DNA from: the human T2T-CHM13v2.0 reference genome, Homo sapiens
Strand: one strand, 5' to 3'
Length of the DNA stretch: 64,000 bases
Assembly: GCF_009914755.1 (NCBI RefSeq)
Contig: NC_060926.1
Shown here: piece by piece, positions 46,295-59,795 of the stretch
Layout of the letters: every line of letters starts with the position of its first letter
How positions within the stretch are numbered: position 1 is the stretch's first letter
Notes under the pieces: model-generated
What the model was told of the DNA's origin: nothing
The model's database searches: none
Seen by the model: only the letters and a program-made list of their open reading frames with translations
Translations under genes and position numbers: made by a program

Positions 46295-48204
46295 AAAAAT
46301 GCAAGGAACCCAGAATATATAAAATGATCTTGATAAAAAGCTAATTGGGATAACTTACACTTCTTGATTTCAAAACTCACTACAAAGATATAACAATCAA
46401 ATCAGTGTACTACTGCATAAAGATAGATACAAAATCAGTGGGAAAGAACTGATAATTCAAAAATTAATCCTTACATTTAAGGTTAAATTGTTTTTGCACC
46501 TGTGCAAAAACAATTCAATGGGCCCTTTTCAAATGATTCTGGGACAACTGAATTCCCACACCAAATATAATAAAGTGGAATCCCTACCTCAAATCATATA
46601 CAAATAATTAACTCAAAATGAATCAAAGACATAAACATAGATATAAAATTATAAAATACTTAGAACAATACACATGAGTAAATCTTCATGACCTTGGATT
46701 AGTCAATACTTGCTCAGATATGATATCGAACATATGAGTGACAAAAGATAAATAGGCAAACTGGATTTTATTAAAACTAAAAACTTCTGTGCTTCAAAGG
46801 ACATCCTGAACAATGTGAAAAGAAAGCCCACAAAATAGGAGAAAACATTTGTAAATCATATATCTGGAAAAGGACTTGTATCTCAAAATGAGGAAATAGC
46901 AGACAAACTCCAAATGAGGAACACTCTATTAAAACAAAAGGAATGGAGACTATGTTCTTCAAAAATCTCAATGTTCTAAACGAAGAATTGTGTAAATGTT
47001 ACAGACTAAAGGAGAATAAAATGACATGGTACCTAAATGCGATACCTAGCCCTAGACTGACTCCTGTGCTAAAGAATAAAAAATTACTATAAAGGACATA
47101 ATTGGTCAATTGACAAAATTGGAATATAGATGTTAAATTAGGTCAAAGCTTTGTATTAATGTTAAATTTAATCAAGTTAATAGCTACTAAAATAATAACT
47201 CTTAAAATCAACAATAAAATGACAATATTCCAATTAAAAAACAAGTAAGGAATTTAAAAAGATGTTTCTCCAAAGAAGTTATACCATGTCAAATAAGAAC
47301 ATGGAAGTTGCAAAACATCATTATTCATTATCATCACTGCATTTGCAAAAATGTAAATCAAAACCACAAATCAAAAACAACCAGCTCACACTCACTAGGA
47401 TGGCTATAATTTGAAAAAAAAGGAAAATAACAAGTGTTGGTGAGAATGTTAAGAAACTGGAACAATTACACATTGCTGTGGATGGAGAATGTAAAGTGGG
47501 GCAGCCTCTATGGGAAACAGTGTGGCAGTTTCTCAGAAAGTGTTTAAAGAGTTACCATGTAGTCCAGAAATTTCATCACTAGGTATATGCCCAAAATAAT
47601 TGAAAACATATGTCTACAAAACACTTATACATGAAAATTTATAACAGCATTTTTATAATAGCCAAAAAGTGAGAATAATCCAAATGCCTATGAACTGATA
47701 AACAGATAAGCAAAATGCGGTATATCCATGGAATGAAATATTATTCAGCTATAAAAAAAGTGCTAAGAATGCCATGCTAAGACATGGGCGAACCTTAAAA
47801 ATACCATGCTATGTGAAGGAAGCCAGACACTTAAAGGCCACATATCATATGATTTCATTTACATGGAATGTCCATAATAGGCAAATTCATAGAAACAGCA
47901 AGTAGATTAGCATTTCCTGTGAGCTGGAAAGAGGGTCAGAAATGCCTGTTAATGGATATTAGGGATTTTTTTTAGGAGGCTATGAAAATTTCTGAACTTA
48001 CAGAGTGATGATTGCACAACTCTGAATACACAAAAAATATCAAAGGTTTTATTTCGTAAGGTGAACTTTATGGCATGTGGATTATATCTCAATAAAACTT
48101 TTAAGAAACAATAGACAAACAAAAAGAAAACAAAAAGAACACCAATATCAATGACAAGAAGAATTATTTCTTACCCCCAACTTTTCTCAGTCCAGGCATT
48201 ATTC

Positions 48205-50144
48205 TTTTTTGTTTAGCTCTATTGAAATATAGTTGATATACACAAAATTGCACATATTTAATATATACATTTTGATAAGTTTGAACACCTGTATAGACCC
48301 ACGATACCACCACCACAATCATACTAATCATATCTGTCAGCTCCAAAAATTTCCTTGTGTTCTTTCTTGTTCTTTCTGTAGTAAGAACATTTCAAATGAG
48401 ATGTATTCTTTTAACATACGTTAAAATGTACAACACCATATTGTTAACTATAGGCACCATGTTGTACAGAAAAATCTTAGAATTATTCATCTTGCATAAC
48501 TGAAACTTTACATCCAATGAGGAAAAATTCCCCATGTCCTTCTTACCCCAGGCTCTGGCAGCTAATAGGCATTTCCCTGCTTCTATGAGTTTGACTATTT
48601 TAGATACATTATGTAAGTGGAATCATGCAATGTTTGTCCTGCGACTCACTTATTTCATTTAGCATAATATTCTCTATGTTCATTCATGTTGTCACAAATG
48701 GTAGTGTTTCCTTTATTAAGGCTAAACACTGTGCCATTTTATGCATATACCGTATTTTTAAATCCATTCATCTGCTTGTGGGTATTTAGTTGTTTCTATA
48801 TCTTGGATATTGCAAATAATGCTGTAGTGTTCATGGAAGTACCGATATTTCTTCAGGATCCTGATTTCAGATCTTTTGAATATATACCCAGAAGTGAGAT
48901 TGCTTATGAAAGGAAGAAAAGAAAAACTAAACCTTAAGAATAAGCTTAAGTAAAGATGTGAAAACTATAGTTTTCACTGAAAATTATAAAACATGGATGA
49001 AAAAATTTAAAGATTTAATATTGTTAAAATGTCCTCATTACCCAAAGCAATCTATACATTCAGTGAAATGCCTATCAACATTCCAATAACATTTTTCACA
49101 GAAATAAAAAAAGAATCCTAAAGTTTAAATGGAACAACAACAAAAAAACCCCATATACCAACATGATCTTAAGAAGAAAGTTGGAGGCATTACACTTCCT
49201 GCTTTCAAAATATTACAAAGCTATGATAATTAAAACAGCATGGTACTGACATTAAGACAGACATATAGACCTATGAGACAGCATACAGATCCAGAAATAA
49301 ACTCTCACATACATTGTCAGTTGATCTTTGAGAAGCATTCCAAGAACACACAATTGAGAAAAAATATTTTCTTCAACAACTGGTATTGAAAAAATGAAAC
49401 ATCCACATGCAAAAGAATAAAATTAGACAGTTATCTTACACCACACACAAAAATAAACTCAAAATAATGACATAAACATAAGACCTAAAACTATAAAACC
49501 ACAAAACTCCTAGGGGGAAAAAAAAAGAAACTCGGGGGAAAAAAAAGAATCTCAGGGGAAAAAGCTTCTTGACATTGGCCTTGGTAATGATTTTTGGATA
49601 TGACATTAAAAACACAGGGGAAAAAAAGCAAAAAATTATAAGAAAGACTACATCAAACTAAAGATCTTGTGCACAGCAAAAGAAACAATCAATGGAATAA
49701 AAAAGACAACCTATGAAACAGGAGAAAATATTTTCAAACCATTCATCTGATAAGGAGTTAATATCCAAAATACAAAAAAAAATCACCTACTTCTCCATAG
49801 CAAAACGAAACAAAATACAAGTAACCCAATTTTTAGAAAGGACAAAAGACTTCAATAAGCATTTCTGGAAAGAAGAAAGACAAATGGCCACTTGATTTAG
49901 GTTTAGGAAAAAGTGTTAATCATCAGGGAAATGCACATTAAAGCCACAGAATTATCACCTCATGTCTTACCTGTTAGGATAGATATTATCCACACCCACA
50001 CCTACCTATGAAGAAAAAAGTGTTGGCAAGTATGTGAAGAAATTAGAACTCTTGTACGCTGCTGGTAACAATGAAGAATGATGCAGCTATTATGGAAGAC
50101 TGTATGAGGGCCCCTCAAAAATTAAAAAAAAAATAAAACTACTA
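48205..50144 (-). mobile_element. Old L1 (L1MA/L1MB-type) with a 5' inversion: 3' end on the - strand (48205-48904), upstream ORF2 part on the + strand (about 48910-50144)
   Basis: The two parts are adjacent in L1 coordinates (...aaactacta | agcaatctcacttctgggtatata). Degenerate TSD gcattattctt/gcatcactctt. Confidence 0.8.
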
Positions 50145-51055
50145 GCATCACTCTTAGGAAATAGATTTCCTGGTGTTTTTGATGCATCCACATATTTCCT
50201 TAGCTATAACATGAAAATACATTTGTTATTTTTCACTCAGATTGTTTTTCAATGTGGTATTCTTTTCCTAAATGATATCTCCCAAACATATTTTCCTTTC
50301 TTTAAATTTAGATCACCTTCTCTGTAATTCTGGGGCCTATTAAGAGCTTGGCAGATAAACAATATTTTGCAAATGTTGAACCAAATGAAAGCAATGTACT
50401 TTAGTCTCAGCCTTTGTTAACTCATTGATGACTTTAGATGGGTTAGTTATATCATCCTGCTCAGCCTCGGTTTTCACATCTTCAAAATGTGGATAACAAT
50501 AAATTGTTTCCACAGTTTTACTGTTTAGATGAAATGAGATCATAACTGAGGACCTCTATTCTGAATTTTATTTTTTATTCACTTGTATCTCTAAAATATA
50601 TTCAAATATCAATATCAATGTGGATAAACCACATTGCTAATTCTTTCATTTCTATTATTGTGCTTAATTATTTTTACAAACACATATTGTGCTAATGATA
50701 TGCTGGATTTAAGTAATTTATACATTTTAACAAACTGCATCTGCCTAATTACCCTATGAATTGGGTTCTATTATACCTATTTTATAGATGAGTACATTGA
50801 GGCACAGATAAGCTGCCTAGGTTTATGTCATGATTCACAGAGTTTGGATTTAAATCCATTCGTGGTGGTTTAATCACTCCACCATTCTGTCTCTTGGCTG
50901 GAAGAAACATATATTCTCAGGATATCCAGCAAATATTTTTATAAAATGTTAAAACACAAGAAACAAAGTTGGTGTATATATGTATTTTAATATATACTCA
51001 AAATTTCTGTCCCCAAAATGTTGCCCAGCCCTACATAGACCACTGGAGGTCCAGA

Positions 51056-51219
51056 GCTGTGCTTCTCGACCTGTAATATGTATATAAATCACCAAGGGTC
51101 TTGTTAAAATGAAGACACTTTTTCACTTGGTTTGGAGTGACCCAAATGTCTGCATTTTTAATAAGTTCTCAGCTGCTGTTGATATCATTGGTGGATGGGT
51201 AAGACTGTCGGCAGCAAGG
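51056..51219. mobile_element. MER5-family hAT MITE
   Basis: aatcaccaagggtcttgttaaaatg...tctgcatttttaataagttctcag. Confidence 0.7.
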
Positions 51220-51255
51220 TTACAAACCCCTGGAGGCTATAGACAGGAAGTGTTG

Positions 51256-51303
51256 TGATAGTGATGGAGTTTTAGGATGATAGTGATGGAGTTTTAGGAT
51301 GAT
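51256..51303. repeat. Perfect 22-bp tandem duplication
   Basis: tgatagtgatggagttttagga occurs twice in tandem. Confidence 0.95.
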
Positions 51304-53129
51304 TTTTCAGGAAAAGATGAGGCTGGAGAAATCTGAACACCTTCAGATATCTTTTTCTGTCTTAAGTTCTCTTCGCATTTTCTTGCAGTATAATTACTTT
51401 AAGCCTTTCAAGTTTTATTTTATATAATACAGAAAAATCAAATTCTTATCCATGTCCAAATTATCACAATTAGTTTGCAGATATCTTACAGTCAGAATAT
51501 GAATTATATACCTGACTATCACACAGGATAAAGCAAATTCTAATATCCATGGTAAGAAAGCAATCACTTTCAGATAGAATGGAGGGCTGAGATTCAGAGT
51601 TATTTGGATTCTGCTAAGATGGTAGCAGAAGAAACAGAGGACATAAGGTATGCAAAAGACCCTGGAAAAGAAGTGAAAATTCAGTTTGCGAATAGTGTGT
51701 ATGAGGTGGTGAAGGGATCTGGCCAAGATCATTTTAGGCAGTTCCAGGACCCACTTAATGCTGCAAGTATGCCACTTTCTGACAGCAAACAGCTGCTTGA
51801 GAAGGGATACCCTCAGGAGTGAAGCTGATAGCAGAAGAGGAACATCTGGAAGAGAGACACAGGGGTGAGATGCCTCCCTTGTGGCACCTCAGCCTATGTT
51901 TCAGAAAATGCAGTGCTCACAGAACTTTTACTGCTTCCAAAAGCACATGACTCCTAATTATGGAATCAGGAGCATTTGTAGTTAGTTTACAACCTTGATT
52001 ACCTCATTTGTCATACAATTTTAGCAATGGTTCTCTCATTATTTATATACACCAGGCAGGGAAGAAGGAATGGGAAGCGAGGGAGAAAGACACAGTCCCA
52101 AACATCAACGTACTCATTGTTCAGAGAGAATAATAGAAAATTGTAATTAAAGAGGATAATTTCTATAACATAGGTACTTTCAGGCACAAAGGGAAAGCAT
52201 GTTGGGAGAGTCATTCTGCCTGAATCAATTGACAAAAGGGACAGTTTGTAGATTATGTGACCCAGGGAGCAACAAGGAGTCTGCTTCTCCAGATCTTTCC
52301 CAATAACCTGATTTTTTTTTTAAAGCATCTGCTTTAGATCTGTAGATGGAAAAGGTGAGGTCAGTAGCAAGGACAGCCTCTGTTAAAATCTGGCCTACTT
52401 AGGGTGCAATGCCAAGAGTCCTTGGCCTAATCTTATTTAGAATAGCACATTAATGACTTTGCAAGGAACAGAGATTTTATTAAACTTGACAATGCTGTTT
52501 CATTAATTAACACAACATTCCACCAACACTCATGCATTCGTTCCTTTACCAATTCAAAAACATTTATTAAAGAATTTCTCAAGTATACCAACCTATCATC
52601 AAGCTTCTTCACATGTTTGAAACTCATTTCATGTTAAAGCCTGTCATTACATGCCTATATTTAGCTATTTATTTGAAGATGATGAAATGCTTAAGACAAA
52701 TAACTTCATAAACTGATAACATTCAAACCTTTCCTGTTAAATGATAAAAGTCAAATGCCTTTGTTCAAAACATCATAAAAAAATCACACTGGGCTATAGC
52801 CAATCTTAGAGGCTGTAAAAAAGCAAAACTGAGACCCATAGAAGGAGAATGACTTAGTAAAGGTCACACTGCTAATTGACAGCTGTGACATTTAGAATTT
52901 AAGTTTTGCTCCAGTGAGTTTCTTTTTGAGAAAATGGAGTTTTGCAGAAATCAAGCAAATAACCTGACAAGGTAGAGATTTCACTGATGGTAGGGGGAAA
53001 GCTTCAGAAAGACTGGGAGAAGCTGAGAGAAACAGCAGAGAAGGGAAGGAATGATGGTATATGTGATGTGTCCATTAGAGTTTATTTTAAAGGAATCCTC
53101 AGTCTCTCAGTGAGGTGGCAGAGCACCAT

Positions 53130-53310
53130 GCATTGAAGGACAGATGATGACATTGCTTGGCTTTGGATCCCAGTTCAGTCTGCTACTGGTGATGTGAACT
53201 TCACCTACGTATTGAAACTCTGTGTCTTAGATACTCCATCTGAAAAGTGCAGGAAAATAATACACTATCTCACAAATTACTGAGAAGATTAAATTATGTT
53301 CGCACATTTC
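53130..53310 (+). mobile_element. MIR SINE
   Basis: tttggatcccagttcagtc...catctgaaaagtg...tgagaagattaaat. Confidence 0.6.
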
Positions 53311-54025
53311 AGAGGAAGTGAATAGCCTACTCTCCAAGTTGTGTTAATTCTTATTAATTATGGCACTGGCCTCCAGGAGGACTGTGTTTGTCCTGAATTT
53401 GCTGCTCTTATGGAGAAATAGAATCGTTGAGGAGGAAAGCTTGAATGATGAAGACCTTGGGGACTTACTGTTCAACATGTAAATTTTGAGTTCCAAGGTG
53501 AGGGATGGAGTTGTAAAGTACATATTCTTCTGTGTCACTAGAAAATCAATCACACTGATGTGAGTGGATACAGCAGTGCAATCTGGAGATAAAAGGAGAA
53601 ACATTTAAAAGCATGTGTAGTACAAATGGATGAATGGTTAAAACACAATGTCCTCATTTTCTATGGTACAATAATGAAATCCTAAAACATCAGATATGTT
53701 AATGATCATTGTAAGCATATTAGGGATCATTTAGTCCGCAGGACCATTTTACAGATATGGATCCTGATATTTTCGAAAGCAATTTTTATCAAGATCACAT
53801 ATTACCACATAGAATAATTGGAAGACAACTCAAAGGTTCTTGACTTTCAGTCTAGTAAACCCAGGCAAGTAGAGTTAGTCCTAACCAAATTAGCATGGGC
53901 AGCATTAGCATCTTTTACACGTGGATTCCCTATTTCTTTGGTATTTCCACCCTGACACACAGTCTGAATTTCTTTTTTGTAGAATGGACCAAAACAGAAA
54001 GTATCAGAAGCTAGTGACTAGGCAG

Positions 54026-54511
54026 CGTAGGGGAGGCAAAAATTTAGCTCTATCCTCTTAGCGTCTCTAGCCGAGCCTAGGGATTAAATAGACGTATAAT
54101 AGATTAACAAAGGAAAAGCATACACATATGTTTAACATGACTTGGGGCCCTCATGGGAAAATGAAGACCCAAAGAATTAGCAAAACCTAAGTACTTTTAT
54201 GTCAGGTTGAACAAAAAGGGGCAATTATAGAAAAGTAACTAAATTATGTTGTAATATAAAAAGATGGTAAGAAATTATTTTAATGAAGTCTGTACAGAAT
54301 TGTGTTAGTTATGACTCCTCTTTGAAAAATGTTTTATTTTCCCTAATTTAGGGAGGACATCTTTCACATGGGAGCTTTTCTCTGCTGCTTTTAGGAAGAA
54401 AAAGGAGATTAGGATGCTCTTCCTACATCTGCTGTTTTTCAAGTAACTTTAGCTCAAAATAATCCTAAGCCAAAGTGGCATATGTGAAGTGACATATTCT
54501 GCTACTCATCA
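54026..54511 (-). mobile_element. ERV1 solo LTR of the MER34/MER67/MER90 group
   Basis: The reverse complement begins tgatgagtagcagaatatg...atatgccactttggcttaggattattttgagcta. Confidence 0.65.
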
Positions 54512-55074
54512 GTATCCAGGGGCAGGAAAACAGCCAGGAGTTCCAGGAGCTAAGCCTTCCACGTGGAGTAGCAAGACCATCAAGCAAACAGGTTATCAGC
54601 ACAGCCACTGCAACCAAACATGAGTGAGTGAAGTACAGTCTGTACTCCAAGATTATATTGTGGAGGTCTAAACAGAAACACAGCATCAGAAGAATGTCTG
54701 TATTGAACTATGAATAAACAGCAAGGGTGTTACCTCTTCCTAGAACAGTAGAATTTTATGAAGTTTTAGGAACAAGAATTAAAACAAGAACCCAGTTACA
54801 GTCACCAGAACCAGGCCATAGGGTCATAGTAGTACTAGCTAACAGACTGACTTAATGTTGAGTCTCAGAGATAGCCTTAGGCCCGTCACATTTCTGCTGA
54901 TTTTAGGAATAAGTTGCCAAACTTAGGAAATACACAAACTTGCAGTAGGGCTAAGAGTCCTCAGCAATGTCAGTTTGAATGTGTGTGAGCAAAAAAGTCA
55001 TGAGAATCATTAAAGGTGTCTGGCTTCTCTGGTTGGATGTCCTGTGTGCTTATAATCTTGAGTGCAAGTTAGAC

Positions 55075-57788
55075 CAGTGGTTCATAAACTGAATTGCATT
55101 AACACTAGAGTTACTCAGAGATGCTCCTGGCTTCTAAGGTAAAGGCAAAAGGGTCAAATAGTTGGGGATCCCATTTCTCATTCTCCCATTTTTTTAAGTC
55201 ACCCAGGCTGGATTGCAGTGGCATAATCACAGCTCACTGCAGTCCTTGGACCCAAAAGATCCTTCTGCATCAGCCTCCTGAATAGCTGGGATTATAGGAG
55301 CATGACACCACATCCAGCATTTTTTTTTAAATTATGGGGTCAGCTGTGTTGCACAGGCTGGTTTCATAAAATTTTCCCACCACAGCCTCTCAAAATACTG
55401 CGATTAGAGATTTGAGCTACCAAACTCAGACTCAGTCTTCTTTTACATATTTCATATGTAGGACTTGATATAAATTTTATTTAAGAAAAAATAATGCTAC
55501 CAAACTCTGCTCCAAAGGTCCTAGATCTGATACACAACTTTAGAAAAGTTTCAGGATACAAAATCAATCTACAAAAATCAACAAAATTTCCATACACCAA
55601 CAACTTCCAAGCAGACACCCAAATCAAGAATGCAATCCCATTCACAATAGCAACAAAAAGAATAAAATACCTTTGAGTATGGCTATCAGGGAGGTGAAAG
55701 ATCTCTACAGTGAGAATTAAAAAAACACTGCTCAAATAAATCGGAGATGACGCAAAGAAATGGAAAAACATTACATGCGCATGGATAAGAAGAATCAATA
55801 TAGTTAAAATGGCCATACTGCCCAAAGCAACTTACAGGTTCAATGGTATTCCTATCAAACTACCAAAGACATTCTTCATAGAATTAGAAAATAACTATTT
55901 AAAAATGCACATAGAACCAAAAAAGAGCCTGAATAGCCAAGGGAAATCTAAGCAAAAAGAACAAAGCAGGGAGCATAGTATTATCTGACTTCAAACTATG
56001 TTACAAAGGTACAGTAACCAAAACAGCTTGATACAGGTACAGAAACAGACACATAAGCCAATGGAATACAATAAGTAAATAGCCCAGAAATAATGCAACA
56101 CACTTACAGCCATCTGATCTTCAACAAAGCAAACAAAACAAGCAATAGGAACAGGACACCCTATTCAACAAATGGTGCTGGGGTAACTGGCTAGCCATGT
56201 GCAGAAGATTGAAACTGCACCCCTTTCTTAAACCATATGCAAAAATCAACTCAGGATGGATTAAAGACTTAAATGTAAAACCGAAAACTATAAAAACCCT
56301 GGAAGATAACCCAGGCAATATTATTCTGGACATTACAGTGGACAAAGACTTCATGACAAACCTGCCAAAAGCAATTGCAATAAAAGCAAAAATTGACAAA
56401 TGTGATCTAATTAAACTAAAGAGCTCTGCACAGCAAAAGAAACTACCAACAGGGGAAACAGACAACCTACTGGATGGGAGAAAATTCTCGCTAACTATGC
56501 ATCTGACAAAGGTCTAATATCCAGGATCTAAAGGAAACTTTAATTTACAAGGAAAAAACAAACAACTCCATTAAAAAGTGGGCAAAAGATATGGAAACTT
56601 TTCAGAAGAATATATACATGTTGCCAACAATTATGAATAAAAGCTCAACATTACTGATTATTAGAGAAATGTAAATCAAAACCACAGTGAGATGTCAAAA
56701 CCACAATGAGATATCATGTCACAATAGTCAGAATGGCTACTATTAAAAAGTCAAAAAATAGCAGATGCTGACAGGTTGCAGAAAAAAAGGAATGCTTATA
56801 TGCTGTTCATGGGAGTGTAAATCATTTCAACCATTGTGGAAGACAGTGTGGTGATTCCTCAAAGACCAACACAACAGAAATACAATTCAGTCAAGCAATT
56901 CCATTACTGGGTATATACCCAAAGGAATATAAGTCATTCTATCATAAAGACACATACACACATATGTTCATTGCAGCACTATTCACAATAGCAAAGACAT
57001 GGAATCAATCTAAATGCTCATCAGTGGTAGACTCAATAAAAAATGTGGTGCATAAACACCATGGAATACTATGCAGCCATAGAAAAGAATGAGGTCATGT
57101 CCTTTGCAGGAACATGGATGAAGGTGGAGGTGACTATTCTTAGCAAGCTAATGCAGGAACAGAAAATCAAATATTGCATGTTCTCACATTTCTCAAATAA
57201 CTTAAAACAGAATTACTATTCAACCCAGTAATCCCACTACTGGGTATATATCCAAAGGAATAGAAATCTTTCTGTCATAAAGACACATGCACAACTATGT
57301 TCATGACAGCACTATTCACAATAGGAAAGACATATAATCAACCTAAATGCCCATTAACTGTAGACTAGATAAAGAAAATATGGGACATATACATTATGAA
57401 ATACTACACAGCCATAAAAACGAATGAGATCATGTCCTTTGCAGGAACATGGATTGAGCTGGAGGCCATTATCCTAAGTGAACTAATGCAGGAACAGAAA
57501 ACCAAATACCACATGTTCTTCCTTTTAAGTGGGAACTAAACATTGAGTACACAAGAACACAAAGAAGGGAACAATGGATATCAGGGTCTACTTGAAGGTG
57601 GAGGATAGGAGGAGAAAGAAGATTGAAAAACTACCTCTCAGGTACTATGCCTATTACCTGGGTGATGAAATAATCTGTATACCAAACCCTCATGACATGC
57701 AATTTACCTATATAACAAACCAACACACATACCTCTGAACCTAAAATAAAAATTAAAAAGTTATAAAAATAAAGTTGAAAAACCACTA
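55075..57788. mobile_element. hAT MITE split by a diverged AluJ (55189-55431, -) and an L1
   Basis: Inverted termini cagtggttcataaact (55075) and aagttgaaaaaccacta (ending 57788) enclose the two retroelements. Confidence 0.5.
55500..57770 (+). mobile_element. 5'-truncated L1PA15/16-like element with an internal duplication of about 334 bp at the ORF2 end
   Basis: ORF2 remnants ([25 protein letters not shown]). 3' UTR aggtactatgcctattacctgggtgatgaaataatctg and an A-tail. Confidence 0.9.
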
Positions 57789-59019
57789 TTGAATGTCATG
57801 TCTCTTTTTCAAATCTTTCCTGTCCTGATTCCCATTCTTTCAAGTTCAAGTACTTGTGAATATTATTAACTTCATTGAACTCAGATATTTACATGCAATA
57901 ATAGAATTATTCATTCATTTCTTTATCTGTTATCTATCTATTCATTCTCTCAGCAAACACTGAGAGGATATAAAGCACATAAAATATGAAGCACAATCCT
58001 GTGTGGTGACAGACATCCAAACAAACAAAAGAGTATTGTCAATAAAGTACAGATATAGATTTCTGACATACAGTGTGGAGAAACAAGCTCTGCTGGGGGT
58101 GTGGTGGTGGCGGGGCAGGGGGTGGTGGTGGGGGATGGTGGCAGTTAGGGGCCTCCTGGAATACATAACATGGATTTTTAAAAGGTTGTTTGTCTCAATC
58201 ACACAATGAGAAGTAACTTGTAGTCTAAGAGACCAACATGTTCAAGGACACACTGAATTTTTTTAAAAAATCAATAGACCACTTCTGCTGGTTACCATAT
58301 TAACATTGCAACAGGCTCCTCCTGACTCAAAGTTAACTTTTGAGAGCCTTTGTGGAAGGTTGCTAGAAGCCTGTCTTTGGTGTGGCTCTCACCACTGGCT
58401 AGCCCTGGAGAGTATAAAATCCTGGCTTTCTTGTACCAAAAAAGTTTTTTTCTGATTTTTTAAAAATCATGGGAAATATCACCTAATACAATTGTTAAAA
58501 AATAATTTGTCAGTAAACTACCAGCCCAAGTTAATATGAGGCTTCAGGAAAAAGACCTGACAATGTGACCCTTTAGCAACAGAACATGGTTGTTATTATT
58601 ATCTTATTTGATGTGATGCTTTGGCATTGGTATGAACACATGCCCAACTTCAGAGGGTCTGATTTTGACAGCAATATCCTTGAGTTCCAGCCTCAGAGGG
58701 GGCTGATCTAGCAGGCAAGTGAGAATCCCTTATCATTCAGAGTTGGAGATGTTAGGATATTTTAATCTTTCCAAAAATATCAGGAGCGTTCATTAAAAGC
58801 TTGAAGGGATCAATTCATTTATAGACAAAATAAAGACTCGAGAAACTTTGCAGTAGAAACTTCCAGGAGAAAGAACAGAACAGACTGTATTAAGAGAGAA
58901 GCTAGTTTTAAGAAACAAAAACATAGAGCTATTTTGTGCCTTGAGATACCACCCTGTCACAAACAAGGGAAGCAATCCCAAATCGGCGTACCTGTCTTCT
59001 CTCCTTCTCTTTCCCTCAG

Positions 59020-59202
59020 GAGCCTACCTAACGATTCGTAAGAGAAGTCCAGGCATGGGCCTCACTTTCACATCTGCACAGCGGTTCTGGACACTGATGG
59101 ACCTCATGAACAAAGGGCTCTCAGCGGAAGAACACGATATGTCAGAGTTGACAGCCATTGAGAAAGCACATACCTGTGATTTGTGACTCAGAGGCTTTAG
59201 GG
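59020..59202 (+). other. Candidate exon (probably non-coding) or enhancer core
   Basis: Strong polypyrimidine acceptor cttctctccttctctttccctcag ending at 59019, possible donor gg|gtaggc at 59203, and local CpG retention. Confidence 0.3.
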
Positions 59203-59499
59203 GTAGGCTGTTTTCTGAGTGTTGCTTTGTTTTTGTGGTTCGTATTTTTTTTTTCTTATTATCTCCCTGTAGACTAAATCATATTCATGATATTTGCAAT
59301 GGCTTTTTGGTCTGTGACTGCTTAACTCAGATAATTAAACCAAGTGGAGAGTTCTAATGGGATCCATTTCATGGAGTCAGGTCTTTGTGAAGTGGACTTT
59401 GATGCATTATACTATTCCCTGGTCCTTGTCCCCTAAATGCTATTATATAGTAAAGAAGGTGACTGGTCTAGGTGAAAACAAAATTAAAAATCAAAAGAA

Positions 59500-59795
<296 letters not shown>

